This document shows positions 1 to 15,693 of a DNA stretch of 64,000 bases, piece after piece. A program made the position numbers and the translations under genes. The notes under the pieces were generated by a model that was not told the DNA's origin, searched no databases, and saw nothing but the letters and a program-made list of their open reading frames with translations. This DNA is from Cystobasidiomycetes sp. EMM_F5 (Eukaryota). Each line of letters starts with the position of its first letter. The stretch's first letter is position 1. Location of the stretch: contig JBPGPT010000024.1 in the NCBI GenBank assembly GCA_051047955.1, positions 62,001 to 126,000 of the forward strand, written 5' to 3'.

Positions 1-1023
1 GACCCATGTGGTTGGGGCGTTTGCCGACAACCTACTTTCTGTCTAGTACCAGTTTGTCATTCAATCCAAATTTGCACTCTGGCGTACCGGTCAAGTATGC
101 GCGCATGAGAATCTGACCATCCACGTCGGCCCGCAAAACTGTGCCTGGCAGCATGCGGAATCAGCGCTTTTGTCTGCGACGAATATTTCAAGAATGCCTG
201 CCCACCTTTGCCAGACATGAGCAGATTGACGCTCTCAATAACGTCTACAAACGCTTCGTTCTTGCGATACTTGACATCTGCTCTTCGCCAGGACGTGGCT
301 CCTGTAGCCTGTATTGTGATTTTAGATGATTCTTCCCGCTGCGAAACATAGACCTCGTCAGTATTCACGTGATGCTACAATGAGTGTTGCACCCTCACCA
401 CTGCCTGCTCGCTCTTGACGCTCTCTGTCGTAATGTACATCTTGAGGGTGTCAGTCTCGCTGTTCTGAGGGTAGCCAAAGTCGAGGATTTCTAAACATGC
501 ACAAAGCTAGGTTAGGCGAGAGTACAGGTTTGACGGGTATAGACACCACCCTACCATCGAGCAATTCGTAAATCAAGACAAAGTTGTCCTTTACGCTCTC
601 CTCGTCGAGCTTGCCAAAGTAGCTCCTCCCTATATTGATGACGCGGTAGCAGAATTCAAATACCATTGCAGCATTGACGTTTGTCTTTGTTACGCATGCG
701 AGGTAGAGGTTTAGGTGACGGACGTGGAAGAAGGACGTGCTGCCGAGGGTGATGATGGGAGCGCGCACGTCGGCATTGGCGACGACGTGGATACGAAAGA
801 CTTCAGAGATGGAGCGTCTGGACGAGTCGACGTGCAGAGCATGGGATTATCAGCGCCGTCAAGTTGGCTGCTGAGGTCTGGTCAATGAGCCCACTTTACA
901 TCTGGCCTGAAGACTCTCGATATGAGCACTTCGCCTACGCTACGACATCAGCGCCAGGCAGCCATGACTGAGAATACTGCTGCACACACCCTTGAGGTTC
1001 AGGATGAAGAATGCCGATATCAT
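1..1023 (-). CDS. APM4: AP-2 adaptor complex mu subunit, 5' part, multi-exon; continues beyond window start
   Basis: Spliced N-terminus [57 protein letters not shown], then [41 protein letters not shown] and PECKFGLND, all typical of mu2 adaptins. Confidence 0.95.
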
Positions 1024-1613
1024 GGCGGGCGATGATGGTTGTTGCTGCAGCTGCCAATGCTGGACAGTAGCTATTCAGACGACGACCGGGTCGATGTATC
1101 GTCCAAGTCTGCCAGTCAGGCCCTCAGAGCATCACCCAGTCTGTGGTCATGGATGGGTCATGGTGTACCATAATGGTCAATATGGTCAATTCAGGAGCAC
1201 GTTTAGAACCTCTCAACAACGAGACAAGGCATAGACTGATGCGATGTAATATACCGCTGACACTGATGGAGCACAAATATGTACCATACACAGCTGATGG
1301 ATGACCGTGCTCAAGGCTGGTGCTGACAGCGGCTGACAAGCGATGGACCTCGAAGAACCATCAAATGAGCCATCCAGCTACCAAATACCACTCGATGAAA
1401 GCGCAAAGGCTGAGAACGTCGAGCTGGGCAGCGCTGACTCGCAAGAAGGCAGTCGCATGCGTCGCTTGTCGCCCAGTCACTCCTCCGTCTTCCGTCGCGC
1501 AACCGCACTACGGGGCTACCTCGAGACCTAACTTACATATGGTCAGCACGAAAGCTCCGCTTTGACGACTCAATGCTGCTTGAGTAAGAGCCGAGAACGG
1601 AGTCGCGCAAGAT

Positions 1614-4600
1614 ATGTCAGGCAGCATGCAGCAGGGCAATCGCCCCTCCTCGTCGCAGCAGCAGCAGCAAACTAGGCTACCCACCATCGATTTTACCTTT
1701 TCCGATACCATTCCTCCTGTGAACGATCTGAGTACTGGCAATCCTTTTCAAATGTCTGGCTCATCGCTCGCATCCTCTACTGGCTCGTCTTCGTTTACTT
1801 TGTCGATATGCGAACGTCGAGCAAACAGCAGTCGACCTCCCCCGCTGAAAATCTTAGAGGGCAGTAATCTCTCTGCCGGCCCGATTCAGTAGAAATACCA
1901 GCATCTCCAGCCATGGAAGCAGCTCGTCTCGTCTCAGCAAGGACGAGCAGCTTCTCCGCTGTCCTCCGCCTCCTCTCTAACTCTACGCATCGCGACGCCG
2001 CTCAGCGCTGCCAGCTCCACTTCAGTCTATTCATCGTCAGGCATACTCTCGCCCGGTGCAATGCTCATGGTTGGAGACTTTCCCGTTCCTCCTGTCCAAG
2101 CTCCCGACCATCCACATAACCGCGTGCATGACCGTGATGCTGTACCGTCAAACCCGTCTTCGAATTGCCAAACACCCGAGCGTAAACAAGATTGGGCTGC
2201 CATCTCAGATTGGCAGTATCCCAACTCGGACATATTGGATGCATACGGCGACATGGCAAGACGCACGGCTAGACCTGCAGCGCGTCTGCCAGGCGCATAC
2301 AGCAGCCGCGACTCGGTAAATTCGACCTACACGTACGATGCTGAGGGCGAGAGTGAGAGCGATGACGAGGTGTACGATACTTCGCTGTCTGTCGCAGACG
2401 AGGACAATACCATGACTGCTGCTACGACCGCCCTCTCCGCTCGCATGCTGCGCCGGACTACGAGCTGGTCATCTCGCCGCGATGGACGCTACGATTACGC
2501 TGCATCAATGACCGGCCAGGATGACGAGGAGAGTGATGACCATTCGACATCACATCCGCCTGCTCGTCTGCTACGCCGTCCTTCGTCGAGAGATAGTGCA
2601 CCGCACAAGAGATCATCTCAACAAAAGCACAGTAAACATGCCAGACCAGGGCCCGTGCGCACAAAATCGGATCCTATACTGAGTACGCTGAAAGTGGTGG
2701 ACAAGCGGGAGAGTGTAGGAGGAGAGTACCTGCGCCCACGACCAGAGACGAGCCTCAGTATGGCTTCGAGTCACGGCGATACCGTCTATGAGGATGCGCA
2801 TGAGATTCTGGGCGCAAGAGGCAGCATCGACAGACTGAGAGTGAACGGTAAGCTGGACGATAACGTATACAATTAAGCTGCACGGGGCTGACAGTTTAAT
2901 TTCTCCGCTAGCAGGTGCGCACGATGTTTTTGCGGTAGAGGCGCTCTCGAATGGACAAAGCCAGACTTTGGCTCCCGCAGCTAGCTCGCCTTCCCGATTA
3001 CGCTCCTCCTTCCGTCGCATGCGCGCCGCTTCAAACAGTACCATCACTCACCTCTCCTCTTCACACAACCAGTCAAGTTCTCTCCGCTCCTCGTCATCGT
3101 CATCCAACAGCCACTCCGCAAGCTCATCGATAGCAAGTACAATCGATGACCTTACCCTGTCGACTATGATGAAACAGTCGCAAGTGCATCATCCACTCGC
3201 TTCGGACTTTCACAGTGGGAATGGATGGATTCCCAAGCCGCTCATTTTGACCTCGACCCGCTTGTCACAGCCTTCGCCTGAGGCAGTCGCGTTACAGGAA
3301 GAACACTTCAGCCAGCTCGATTGCATGCCAGCCAAAGCGTCTTTGTTGCCGCCAGCTGAACAGCATCTCGATGCTCACCACTCACAACATGGGCAGCAAC
3401 ACCGACTCAGTACGACTCCGCCAAGCAGTCCTTCTCGTTTCGAAAGCTTGGACGTTTCTTCCCATGACCCTCCCTCACTAGTGTCAGCTCCTCAGACTGT
3501 ACCGCACGCTCCTGGAGCGCCACTAGAGACTGTAACGGAATGCGAAGAAGAGCCTACGCTGGCATACTCGATCAAACCGGACTGGTCCGCTCTCGAACTG
3601 GAAGAAAGCTTCTCGCAGCTAGACCATGTTGACATTAGTCACATCTCTCAGCCATCTACAAATGTGCTTGGCAATTTACTTGCTTCGGCTTCAAACTTGG
3701 CGGCGTTTCCACAGCGACCGGGACCACGTCGTATGCACTCTACTCCCGCCCCAAGCACCGCTGCTCCCTCATTGATGACACAAAATGAACCTATTGAATT
3801 CTACGGACGAGCCATCAGTCCACCGTCTTCTCCCGGCACCATCGGCAGTGCTGCACCTCGTCGGCAGAGTATCGCAGTCGACATCCGCGATGGACGACTC
3901 CATCGAGCGAGATCATCAAGACTTACTTTCGATAAATCTAAACAAGAAATGACACTGCAGCATATCGCTCATTCACCTTCTGCCCCGCCGATAGGTGTAG
4001 ATCAATTATCAGGCTTAATCCCTGCTCAGTACTCCCAGTTTCAACTATCGCAGAGCACGTCCAGCTTGGCGCAACAGAGCATGCGATCAAATGGACGTGG
4101 TCTCAAATCTGCTTTTGATCAGGAGACAGTAGCGTCAAAGACGACGCGAAGATCATCTAAACGACCTTCGATGTGGTTGAGTATGGCGTTTCCTGCGTAC
4201 GGTATTGGCAGCATCGACACACCTAAGAGCAAGACGAAAGCGAAACCAAAGTCAAAGGATCAGCTTCCGCCTTCGGCTTTACGCTCGGGCTTGCTTCCTA
4301 TCTCGCTGCCCGTAAATGCACGACATACATCGTCAGGAGCGCTTTATGACCCTACAGCTGACCGCGAGTCGCCCTTTGGTCGACGACCTATGTCGCCCGT
4401 CCAAGGGTATATCAGTGTTCCCGGAGAAGCCGATAAATTCCAAAAAGAAATGGCTATTGCTCTCATCGGAGAGTACGACTCTTCACTTCGTCGACGGGAA
4501 AGCAGGGTACTCAAGCGAAAAACAAGTACTGCACGGTCGGAAACGCTTGCCAGTACTCCACGAACGCCGGATCTGTCATTCTCTCCCGAACTACCATCGC

Positions 4601-4773
4601 CTGTTTTTAGTAGTTTTACGCACGGTTTGGCAGATATAGGCAGCATCGTATCGCCGGTGTCAACAATCAACTCCTCTCCCGTCTTTTCGTCTCTTTCAAC
4701 ACCAGCTACAGCTGGTTTATCCCGCTCCGGAATATCAGTCTCACATTCAGACTTCTGGAAAGTCTCATGTTAG
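1614..4773 (+). CDS. Large Ser/Pro-rich, probably disordered hypothetical protein (spliced; true start uncertain)
   Basis: ORFs 1614-1892 and 2061-2876 share a frame and can be joined by a candidate intron 1864-1950. ORF 2061 joins ORF 2968-4773 in frame through intron 2848-2914 (GTAAGC...GCTGAC...CAG). No recognisable domain. Confidence 0.6.
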
Positions 4774-4949
4774 TAGTATACGGGTGGCAAAAGCAGTAGA
4801 TCTGCATGACATTCACAAAAAGGAGAATGTACAGGAGACCTTACAGTCTGCTTGTGAAGGTAGCGTTACAAATATTCCTTATACATAGCGGAATGACGAC
4901 TACAGCACTTGACTTCCTTGATTACGAGCCCTATGCTACTCCTTTTATT

Positions 4950-6146
4950 TCAGTCCATCTTCATCTTGACAGTCTTAACTTCTAATTGTACGCTCTCGCC
5001 TGTGATCTCCCATCCATCGGCACCACCGATCTTCTTGTAGCCGCCAGGCGGAGGATCAAGCCACTGCGCACGAGCTTTGCGCTTGTCTGCTGTAGAGACG
5101 TTGATGCTGCAGACGCATATTGTCAGAGCGAAGCAGAGAGTTTCGGGTAGAACAGACCCACGCTTCGTCCCGCTGCTGTACTAGGACCTTGTTCTCCATA
5201 CCATCCTTGGTGAGAGCCCTGAGAGTAATAAATACGCCGCCTGTATGTAAGCCAATCCACCGTGTGCTATGTTCAGGCTTACATCATGAATTGTGGAAGC
5301 CCGAGCGGCAGATCTGGGTAGATGTCATATTGCCAGGTGTGAATGGTTTTGCCGTATGTCCGTCTCAAGTCTTGTAGGACCGGCCGCTCAGCGGTATCTA
5401 CTATCGGGCCTGGCGAGTTGAGGTAACAATGGTCAATAGGCAACTAGGTATGACCAGCGGTTCTGAACGCACGAGGCAGACCTGCTTTCTGCACCACCGT
5501 AAGCATGCCTGAAGTGACTTCGTGATCATGCGAGTGCCAGTAGCGTTTCTCCTCAGCGGATAAAGAGGAGAAGGTCTTGGCATTGGAGAGCCTTAGCTCT
5601 GTACAAACATTATGCTGTTGCTGCAGCGCACCGCTTCATTCACGATATCTGCACAGAAAGAGATATCAATGTCACTTATATGTATTCTGCGTAATGAAAC
5701 CCACATTCAATGCCAATCAATCTTGCGTCAGGCCGGTCGCTGTCGAAGATTATACACTATGATCCAAATCCATTAGCGGGTTCCTTTTGTAATGAAATTT
5801 GCTGCTTGCCTGATGCATGTTTGAGCCGTGCACATGTGTGCAGTAGTGCTCGGCAATGACTTGCCGCGTAAGGTCGTGCGCATAACAATGAATCCCGCTG
5901 TACATATATCGCCAAGTCAGAATACATCAGCGCGAAAGAGACCTTAGCTCGCTAATCGTCTGTCAGTTCACCTAACATGCTAGGAAATCAATCGCAAACT
6001 ATCAGCGATCTTGGACATGCCGATGTGCAACAGGCACGGACTTGACAGATCTGGTTGATTGGTGTAAAGCTCTGTGCGACTGAGCCAGCAGCGTCTACAG
6101 TCGCTCTTGCCAACTTGTGTGGGATTGATCCTTCAAGCGTAGACAT
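4950..6146 (-). CDS. DUF1264 / oil-body-associated protein (OBAP)-like, many short exons; missed by the ORF track
   Basis: Hand-spliced motifs: MSTLEGS...[86 protein letters not shown]; ends KMKMD*. Confidence 0.85.
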
Positions 6147-6613
6147 TATTGCTATTCGTTCGCAAAGCGCAGAGATCCGTCGCCGTCAAGGCACAGATTG
6201 TCTGTATTTATGCGAATATTAAGCAGTGACAGTTCTGAACACAAAGACGCATAGTTGACAGCGCAGACGACTATGGTACACGCTGTAAGTATCTAATCAA
6301 CATAACGTCAATTGGTGCGCATTGTTTGTTTCTAGCAACATAGACTGTACTTTCGGGATCTAGACATACTGGAGCTGAACAGGGGGTGGTAAGTGGTACG
6401 CGCAGAGACAGCGAGTGGGACTCCACCCGGGAGGACCCTCTATTTGATTTTACATATTGGAGACGTTCATCGTCGAGGCGTGATAGCTTGAGCATCGTCA
6501 TAGCGATACAGAAGATGCAGATCATCGTCCACTCCGTAGCAATGGGTAAAAGAAAGCAATGGGCGTTTTAAGACTGGGTTTATCGTAGCTGAATTTCGTG
6601 TGCAGGCCTCATC

Positions 6614-8768
<2,155 letters not shown>

Positions 8769-9696
8769 TGAGGATGTACTGTACACGGTAGCTGTCGGAA
8801 TTGAGGCAGCCCTTAGAATCAGCTGAACAAATTACGCGATGAATGTGTGAAACGCCCGCCCAGACGGGGAGACGCCACTCTGTGAGAAGGCAAAAAACGG
8901 GCGTCACCCGTGCATCAGCTGCCGAGTATGGACCAAGTCTTCGCGCAGCCTCCAAGAACGTTAACGTGTATTGTACATGACCCTCCACTCGGCTTTGGAT
9001 TGGGTGATCTGAAAAGACTAGAAACGGAACGGCTGTCGGGGTCCATTCGCCTGGATTCTGTGAAAGCTCCCGACGAGCGTATCCCACGATTTTCGCAGCA
9101 GATGGAGGGCGTAAGAACGGTAAAAGCATGAATAGCGCTCTTGTTGAGCAACTTTCGTTGAAAAGCATCAAGGAGGCCATTGCGAACCCTTCGCTTGCCA
9201 AGTGGCAATGGTCGCTGCAAGCTGAGCTGCGTAAAGTGAGCCTTCCCCTGCAAGTGTATTAGCCAGACGTGCGACAACGTTATCTCGAGCCCAAACCGTC
9301 TCAGCTTTCGTCGACGTGAGAAACGGGACGCGGCTCAGTCGCATCCGGCATTTGCACGCCGCTAACTTCAAGCGGCGCCCGAGAGGGTACAGAGACGTTT
9401 ATCAACCGCGGAATAGCTCGCGATCAAGAGTCGGAAGGCTGGCAGATTTGCTTGTCCGGTGCCATAATTGCCAGGACGCTCATGATTTCGTTACAGTCGC
9501 AGAATAGGCGGACACAGCGGACAGATGTGAAAATAAGCCGCATTTTGAAGTCTGACAGAGTCATTACAATCAGCATCAATGGCCTGAGCTGGTTGCAGTG
9601 AATGCTGGATGCGACTCGATCAGCTGCGCCGTTTTGCATGACCGTCCGTCGAGTCCCGAGCAGCCTATCTTGCACTCAGAAGCCAATCTGTAGAAT

Positions 9697-10516
9697 ATGA
9701 CAACCTATCAGTTCAAAGGGCTGAGCGATGCCGAGGAGAAGTTTGATGGTTCTGGGTTGCGAATTGCTATTGTGCATGCCCGGTAAGTCAGGTCTACAGC
9801 GATTGTATGGTGCTCTGACAAGATCTAAATTCTGTCTGTCTCATTCCTGTTCTCCTCGAACCCTCATCTTCTTAGATGGAACAAACCAGTTATCGAGCCA
9901 CTCGTCAAAGGGGCCGTAGAAACGCTCGTTGCTGCCGGAGTCAAGCCCGACAATATTGTCATTGAGAATGTCAGTGGCAGCTACGAATTACCGACAGCCT
10001 GCGCGAGGTTTGTAGTCGTATTCTTTGTATCAAACCGCAACTCACAACGTCCTCCTGCATTTACACAGACTGATAGCTGGCTCGCAAATACAAGCTTCCG
10101 CAGGAGCGACAGATCTGCTTGGCGGATTGACGAATCTCATGTCCTCCACTGGACCGTCACCTTCACGACCCGATACTCCTTCACGTAGCTCTACGACAGA
10201 CTCCGCCTCTCGGAAGCGCTTGACTGGGCCATTCAATGCCGTCATCGCTATCGGCGTGCTCATAAAAGGCTCCACTATGCATTTCGAATACATTTGCGAA
10301 GCTGTCAGTCACGGCTTGATGCGTGTAACGCTCGATACTGGCGTACCAGTCATATTTGGCGTACTTACGTGCTTGACGGAAGATCAAGCGTTAGAACGAG
10401 CGGGACTAGCAGTCAAGGGCAGAGAAGGAAAAGAACACAACCATGGCGTGGACTGGGGTAAAGCGGCCGTCGAAATGAGCGTGAAAGGGCAGAGGTGGGC
10501 GAATGGGGAGATTTGA
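9697..10516 (+). CDS. RIB4: 6,7-dimethyl-8-ribityllumazine synthase
   Basis: FDGSGLRIAIVHAR|WNKPVIEPLVKGA, VSGSYELP, VIAIGVLIKGSTMHFEYI, GVPVIFGVLT, HNHGVDWGKAAVEM; two introns. Confidence 0.96.
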
Positions 10517-10629
10517 GATGGCATCCATGGCCATACTGTTATAGTACAGGCCGCGACCGGTATTTCCTGGTCGAGACAGCTGCTTGCATATATATCAATT
10601 GTTGATCTCGCATAGAAGCTGCATACATG

Positions 10630-12263
10630 CTAGAATTTCGCAGCTAAAGTACTAACAACGCCTCCTATTTGCTCGCGATCTATCATCGCGTTCTGCCGAA
10701 GTAGCTGCACCTGTACTGACTTTGGATCGCATTTCCCTGAAGTGGCTGTAAGAGCTGCGGCAACGCCAGCCGCTTGCCCTGTCGCTCTGCGAATCAAATG
10801 CGCTGTCGCATGAGCTGCTACTTCTCTCTGCTCAGATATACGGGCTTACAATGCTGTTCCCATGACTCTCACTGACGCTGATGCCATCTTGTCCGCATCG
10901 ACGATTCGACCGGCAACAAACAGATTTGTCGTGTCGACACTTTGCAAGCACCGCAACGGAATGTCAAATACTCCGTCGCCGCCGATATGCTCGAGAGTAG
11001 CAGCCCAAGCCACCGCATCAGGCGAGTGATACTCCATGTACCAGCACCCCAAGCTATACGGTGCAAAGCAATTTAGATTTGACAGCTAGCCGCGGCAACA
11101 TACTCAACACGACTCACGCGACGGAATCAGGGAATCGACGAGCTTCAGCTACATCATTCTTCTGCAGTGAATAGCGGCATATGACATGACGGCTTTCGCG
11201 AGTCCCAATGTTAGGACCAGATTGAGCCAGATAGACTTGGGAGTGACCGGGAAGCGTACGTATAACTTGTAAATCTAGATGAATTAAGCGCAATTAGCGC
11301 GAATATACCGTCGGACAATGGCAATACTCACATGCCTGAGCTTGAACTCTGCAATGCTTCTCTGCATCTGCGATGCTTTGTACGTCCAGCGCGTCGTATT
11401 TTGCCGATGCCAAAAAGGTCACATAATCGTTTGTATTCGGGATCTCGATTAGAACGCTACCGTTCTTGTGGAGCAGCGCTGCTAATCTCGAGTCTTCTGC
11501 TTTAGCCTTCATGATGGCTTCCGAGTATAGTTTGCTGGTCGGCCTTGCTTCGGACGAGAAGCCAGACAAGCGTGTCGCCATCGACCCTACCTGCGTAATA
11601 CCTTCGTTGCCATAGCGGACAGCAGCTCCTCCTAGATGGGCAAGGTCTCCGTCGCCAGAAGCATCAACGAATGCCTGCGCCTCGAACTCATGGCAACGGC
11701 CGGACCGCTGATGGACCTGTATTGAAACAATACGGTCGCCTTGTCGCCTAGCACCTATAACGTTGGCATGCAGCAGGACGTCGATCCCCGCATCTTGACA
11801 TAGCTCGTCGAGTACAAGCTTGACACCTTCCGGATTGACTGCCTACATGCACAAGTCAGACTACATTTCAACGTATGGCAGAGGATGCGCACTTGGAAGA
11901 TGCCATTATGTTTATGAGGAAGCTTGTAGCATGCCCCGATAGCTGCGAGCCTATCCTCGAGGTCTGACCATATGCCGCCAACAGCCAGGCGGACGGGAGC
12001 ACGACAAGTGTACAATCCGCAGAATGAAGCGACGCCGCGCATAGTCATTGCACCTACATGTTACTGTGTCAGTCAACGAAGCTATGCCATGAGCTTCAGC
12101 ACGTACCGCCCAAATACGCCTCGGCCTCAAGCAGCAACACTTTGACGCCATAACGAGCTGCGCCATAAGCTGCTGCAACGCCAGCTGCACCTCCTCCAAC
12201 CACGATTACGTCGTATCTCGAAGCCCGACGATGGCCGTTGGGTGTCGTTGCGAAAGATACCAT
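10630..12263 (-). CDS. FAD-dependent oxidoreductase (FAD_oxidored / PF12831-like family), multi-exon
   Basis: YDVIVVGGGAAGVAAAYGAARYGVKVLLLE Rossmann motif, FVDASGDGDLA, IGTRESRH, RRFPDSVA, FDIPLRCL..NLFVAGR, SASVRVMGTA|ATGQAAGVAAA; ends AAKF*. Confidence 0.88.
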
Positions 12264-13048
12264 TTCTCCACACTGCTCGTTCAGCTGACAGTGACGGTGG
12301 GCAGATGCAAGCCATTGGTGCACAAATCCAGCGACATCTGTACCGTGCCTCTGCCGGAGCCGGCTTGCAGGCCGTTCCGTAAAGTCTGCTAAACCTGCAG
12401 CTGTTCGCTCGGCTGGTTCTCCCCGACCACTCCCATCCGTCTTCCCGCTCCCCGCCCATCCCTCCGGTTGCCTTGCGGCCGCCTCTGCCTGTTACCCAGC
12501 ACACTTCGGCAAAGACTACAATGCCGTTGCATGCCGCCGTAAAGCTCATGTCGGGAAACTTGTCATTGTGAGCCGTAACAGGGGCGAAACTTGCCATTCA
12601 TCTGCGCTGGGAGGTTTGACCTGCGCAATCAGACTGAGCGAACCACGAGGAGAACAGAATGTATATTGTCATTGATCTCACACTTCCCCTTCCCTTCCTG
12701 CGTGTCTAGCGCCATCCAACGGCCAATTGATACACCGGTAACACAGTTTCGGCGGGAATACTTGAACCTTGAGCTTCTGAGCACCGCATTTGAGGGTGTG
12801 GAAAACGCGCACGAGATTCTTGAAAGATCGCGGATGGTGACACGAGCAGCTGTTTGACGTTTCAGAACCACTGCAGTGCAAGTGAGGCTTTTCAGTGTGT
12901 TCCCGCCCAATAACACTAAACGAATATGTAAAGCCACCATTGACATCGAGCTACAACCCTAGCTTGCATATCATACACGGATCCTTTTCATCTTCAGCAG
13001 ACACGTCGAAAGTATCTGCAAACCATAGATGAAGTATGACTAATGTCC

Positions 13049-15332
13049 TCAGTATTTGTAGCGGAAGCTGCGCATTTGACGATCTGTCATATCGGCTATG
13101 CCCTCTCCTCCCTGCGTGAGCACACGAGAGTCAGTATGGGACGGTTCGACCTGGGCAAGTATACTCACATCATAATCGGGCTTTGCGGCTTCATTAGTGA
13201 CGGCCTCCTCGTCCCTACGCTTGTTTTCGCCTCGCATGATCCAAAGCAGCACTGCAGCTGTCACAGCTGCTGCCGCACAGTTGGCCAGGACACAATACAG
13301 TCCAGTCCGATAATTCGGCGCATCGCGGGCGAAAAAGGTCTGGGGTCCAGCGATATCTAAAGTGCCGAAATTTAGTCAACTGAGTCAAGGTAAGTGCTGG
13401 AGAACATGGGCTCACTGCCTAGACAGAAGGCGACGAAGATAGCACCGCTTCGTGAACACAATCAAGTCAGCTTATTAGGCCTCGCTTCCCCAATACCTCG
13501 AAGCGACTCACTTGGTGAAGACACGCTTCGTCTGACCTTGAGTATTGTTTGAAACTATTGACAAAAGCATTGTGAATCCTGCCGGTGAGCAGGCACTGAG
13601 CCACACGCCAGAAAGCTTGGCCAGAGGTTGTGTGTTTGGTATCGAAGTAAGCATGATGGCTCCGATGATGCCGATAATCTGGCAGACGATAACGCAATAA
13701 AGACGGGTATTCTTGATTTTGGTAGCGATGATTGACGTGCTCAGGATAGCCACCATGTTGAACGCCCCGGAAGGGCTATTGAACAGAGTGGCTTGCAGAC
13801 CGCTATATCCCATCCCTTTGATGAGAAGAGGGGAGAATGCATTTCTGTCATCACGATCTTAGCTTGATCACTTTGTTCACGTTGGCTTTCCACTCACAGA
13901 GCTGGACCCCAGTTGATGAAGTACGCCATGAAGAAAAAGCAATAAAAGTTTGGGTCAAGAGCCAGTTCTCTGATCTGTTATAGCAGTATCGCGTCAGTTT
14001 ATGTGTCCAGCAAGCTACGTTTGTTGTAGTAGCTATAAGTCGCACCTGTTCCATTCGGAATGTGTGCGATCCCGCATTCATTTTCTCGTGTCGTAAACGA
14101 TCCAGGGCGACCTGTCTTTCGCGCGGAGAGAGCCACCAAGTATCTAATATACGTGACGGAAGGAACCTGTCAGATAAACAGAAGGAATTCAGCGTTGTTC
14201 TCACGTCTAGATGTTCAGGTGCGCACGCAAATAAGAGTAGTCCCCAAGCAGTGGTAACGATCCCTAGAACCAGGAAGAATTTGCGCCAAGGTGCTAGAGG
14301 TGATGAAGTGGCTCCGCACGCGTACGCAATCAGTCCGCCGCAAACTATCGCAAAGCCTATGGGCGGTGTCAGCTATCTACCAATGTACCATGCATTTGCG
14401 CACAAATCCACCTTGCAGGGTGTACCAGATACCAACGCGCAAGGTCTGCTCGTTTCTTCGATAGAATGTTTGCGTGAATAGCATCATGGCCGGTCCTACG
14501 ATTGATTCCATCATGCCCAAGGTGCATCTACTAACAGAGAGGCCTGCGTAGCCTTGGACTGCACGCACCAAGCATTATCAGAAAACGTATGCACACCTTC
14601 ATCTGTATTGCTTACCAGCGGCGATTGCTGCGAGGTTTATGCCCCACAAGGCGACTACTCCACCCGTCACACGGCCCATATGAAACTTCAATAACAGATA
14701 GTTCACGGGCCCTGCACAGTTCGCCAGAATTTCACGTTAGACAAAAGCAAGTCTCGACGCCGAGCTACCCCTCAAGACAAACTTACATTCGGCAACAAGC
14801 TGCCCAATGTAGAAGAAGAGTATGACGTTGCTATAGTCTTGACCCTATTGAGGCGAATCAGTCGGACGTAGTTTGCAAAATAAATGTGCTACTCACTACG
14901 AGGTGAGTGTCGTCCAAGATACCCAGTACCGTTGAGTAGGACTGGCGAGTACATACTTTGTGTCAGTCGTGATCGTCAGCAATAGGAGGGTCTGTCTTCG
15001 CCTAACCAGAGATTGTTTATCGACGAATTGTAAGAAAAAGGTTCCGCAGAGAAGTGGCATGAGAATCAAGTCTAGCTTGCGGAGAACTGCCAGGTATTGT
15101 CGCAGAATAAGTCAATGCTAGGTTTTCCTGGCAAAAGTGCAGGTGAATACTGACCTCTCCCGCGCTCCTCTTCGGTCACATCATTCAAAGCTTGCAGTGT
15201 GTGCAAGGCCTCTCTGGCCTCCGAGTCCACTGCGGAAACTGCAGCGTGGGTCGGAACGATCTTCTCTTTGTGGAGTTCCCGCAAGACGGGCTTCTCGTCA
15301 TTGTTGTGGAAAGATTCTTCGGTGTGTGACAT
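13049..15332 (-). CDS. MFS transporter, allantoate permease (Dal5)/anion:cation symporter family, many introns
   Basis: FSYNFVDKQS, WVSWTTLTS, RCTLGMMESIVGP...FYRRNEQTLRVGIWY, PWRKFFLVLGIVT, WWLSPRERQVALDRL, SNNTQGQTKR, ENKRRD and C-terminal DMTDRQMRSFRYKY. Confidence 0.92.
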
Positions 15333-15442
15333 GGTGGAAATTTAGACGATGGTAGCAGGAGAGAGCTACGAGGCCAAGAAGCATGCCGGAGAGACCTTTT
15401 GTGGGCCTCCAGACAGGCCGACAGACTGTTCGAGCGCTCTTC

Positions 15443-15637
15443 CCGACTGCCGACACGGAGCAAGCCAAGAATCGGCGGGAGTTGCTTCCCGGCTTGCTTC
15501 CCGAGGAATCGTACGGAGCTCACATAGAGGACAGAGGAGGGGAGCGTGCTGAAAGGTCAGGTGGTATAGACTGGTCACTGCATGAGCTTGCCGCTGACAA
15601 GTGTCTCATACAGCTCCGTGTCGCTGCCGAGTCCCGA
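15443..15637. promoter_or_regulatory. Two CCGA-N3-CCGA direct repeats (15443-15453, 15627-15637) in the divergent MFS/TF promoter; candidate Zn2Cys6 binding sites
   Basis: CCGACTGCCGA and CCGAGTCCCGA. A third copy (CCGACTCCCGA, minus strand) lies at 19641-19651 upstream of the ADH. CGG half-sites are the established Zn2Cys6 target. Confidence 0.45.
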
Positions 15638-15693
15638 GAAGCAGACTTCTAGATTGCCCGGTTTCCGGCGCCCGGGCTTACAAGCAGCTGCCC

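Noticed and set aside
1890..1892. Single in-frame TAG interrupting an otherwise open frame 1614-2876 (readthrough or editing?)
   Set aside because: An 87-nt frame-preserving intron 1864-1950 (GTAATC...GAGCAG) removes it. Splicing is the simpler explanation, although the branch site is weak.
8790..9690. Several 60-157 aa ORFs in the long divergent intergenic region
   Set aside because: No recognisable motifs or exon structure; likely promoter/5' UTR of the C2H2 factor and RIB4.
10095..10225. Ser-rich insertion in lumazine synthase
   Set aside because: Loop insertions at this position are common in fungal Rib4 proteins.
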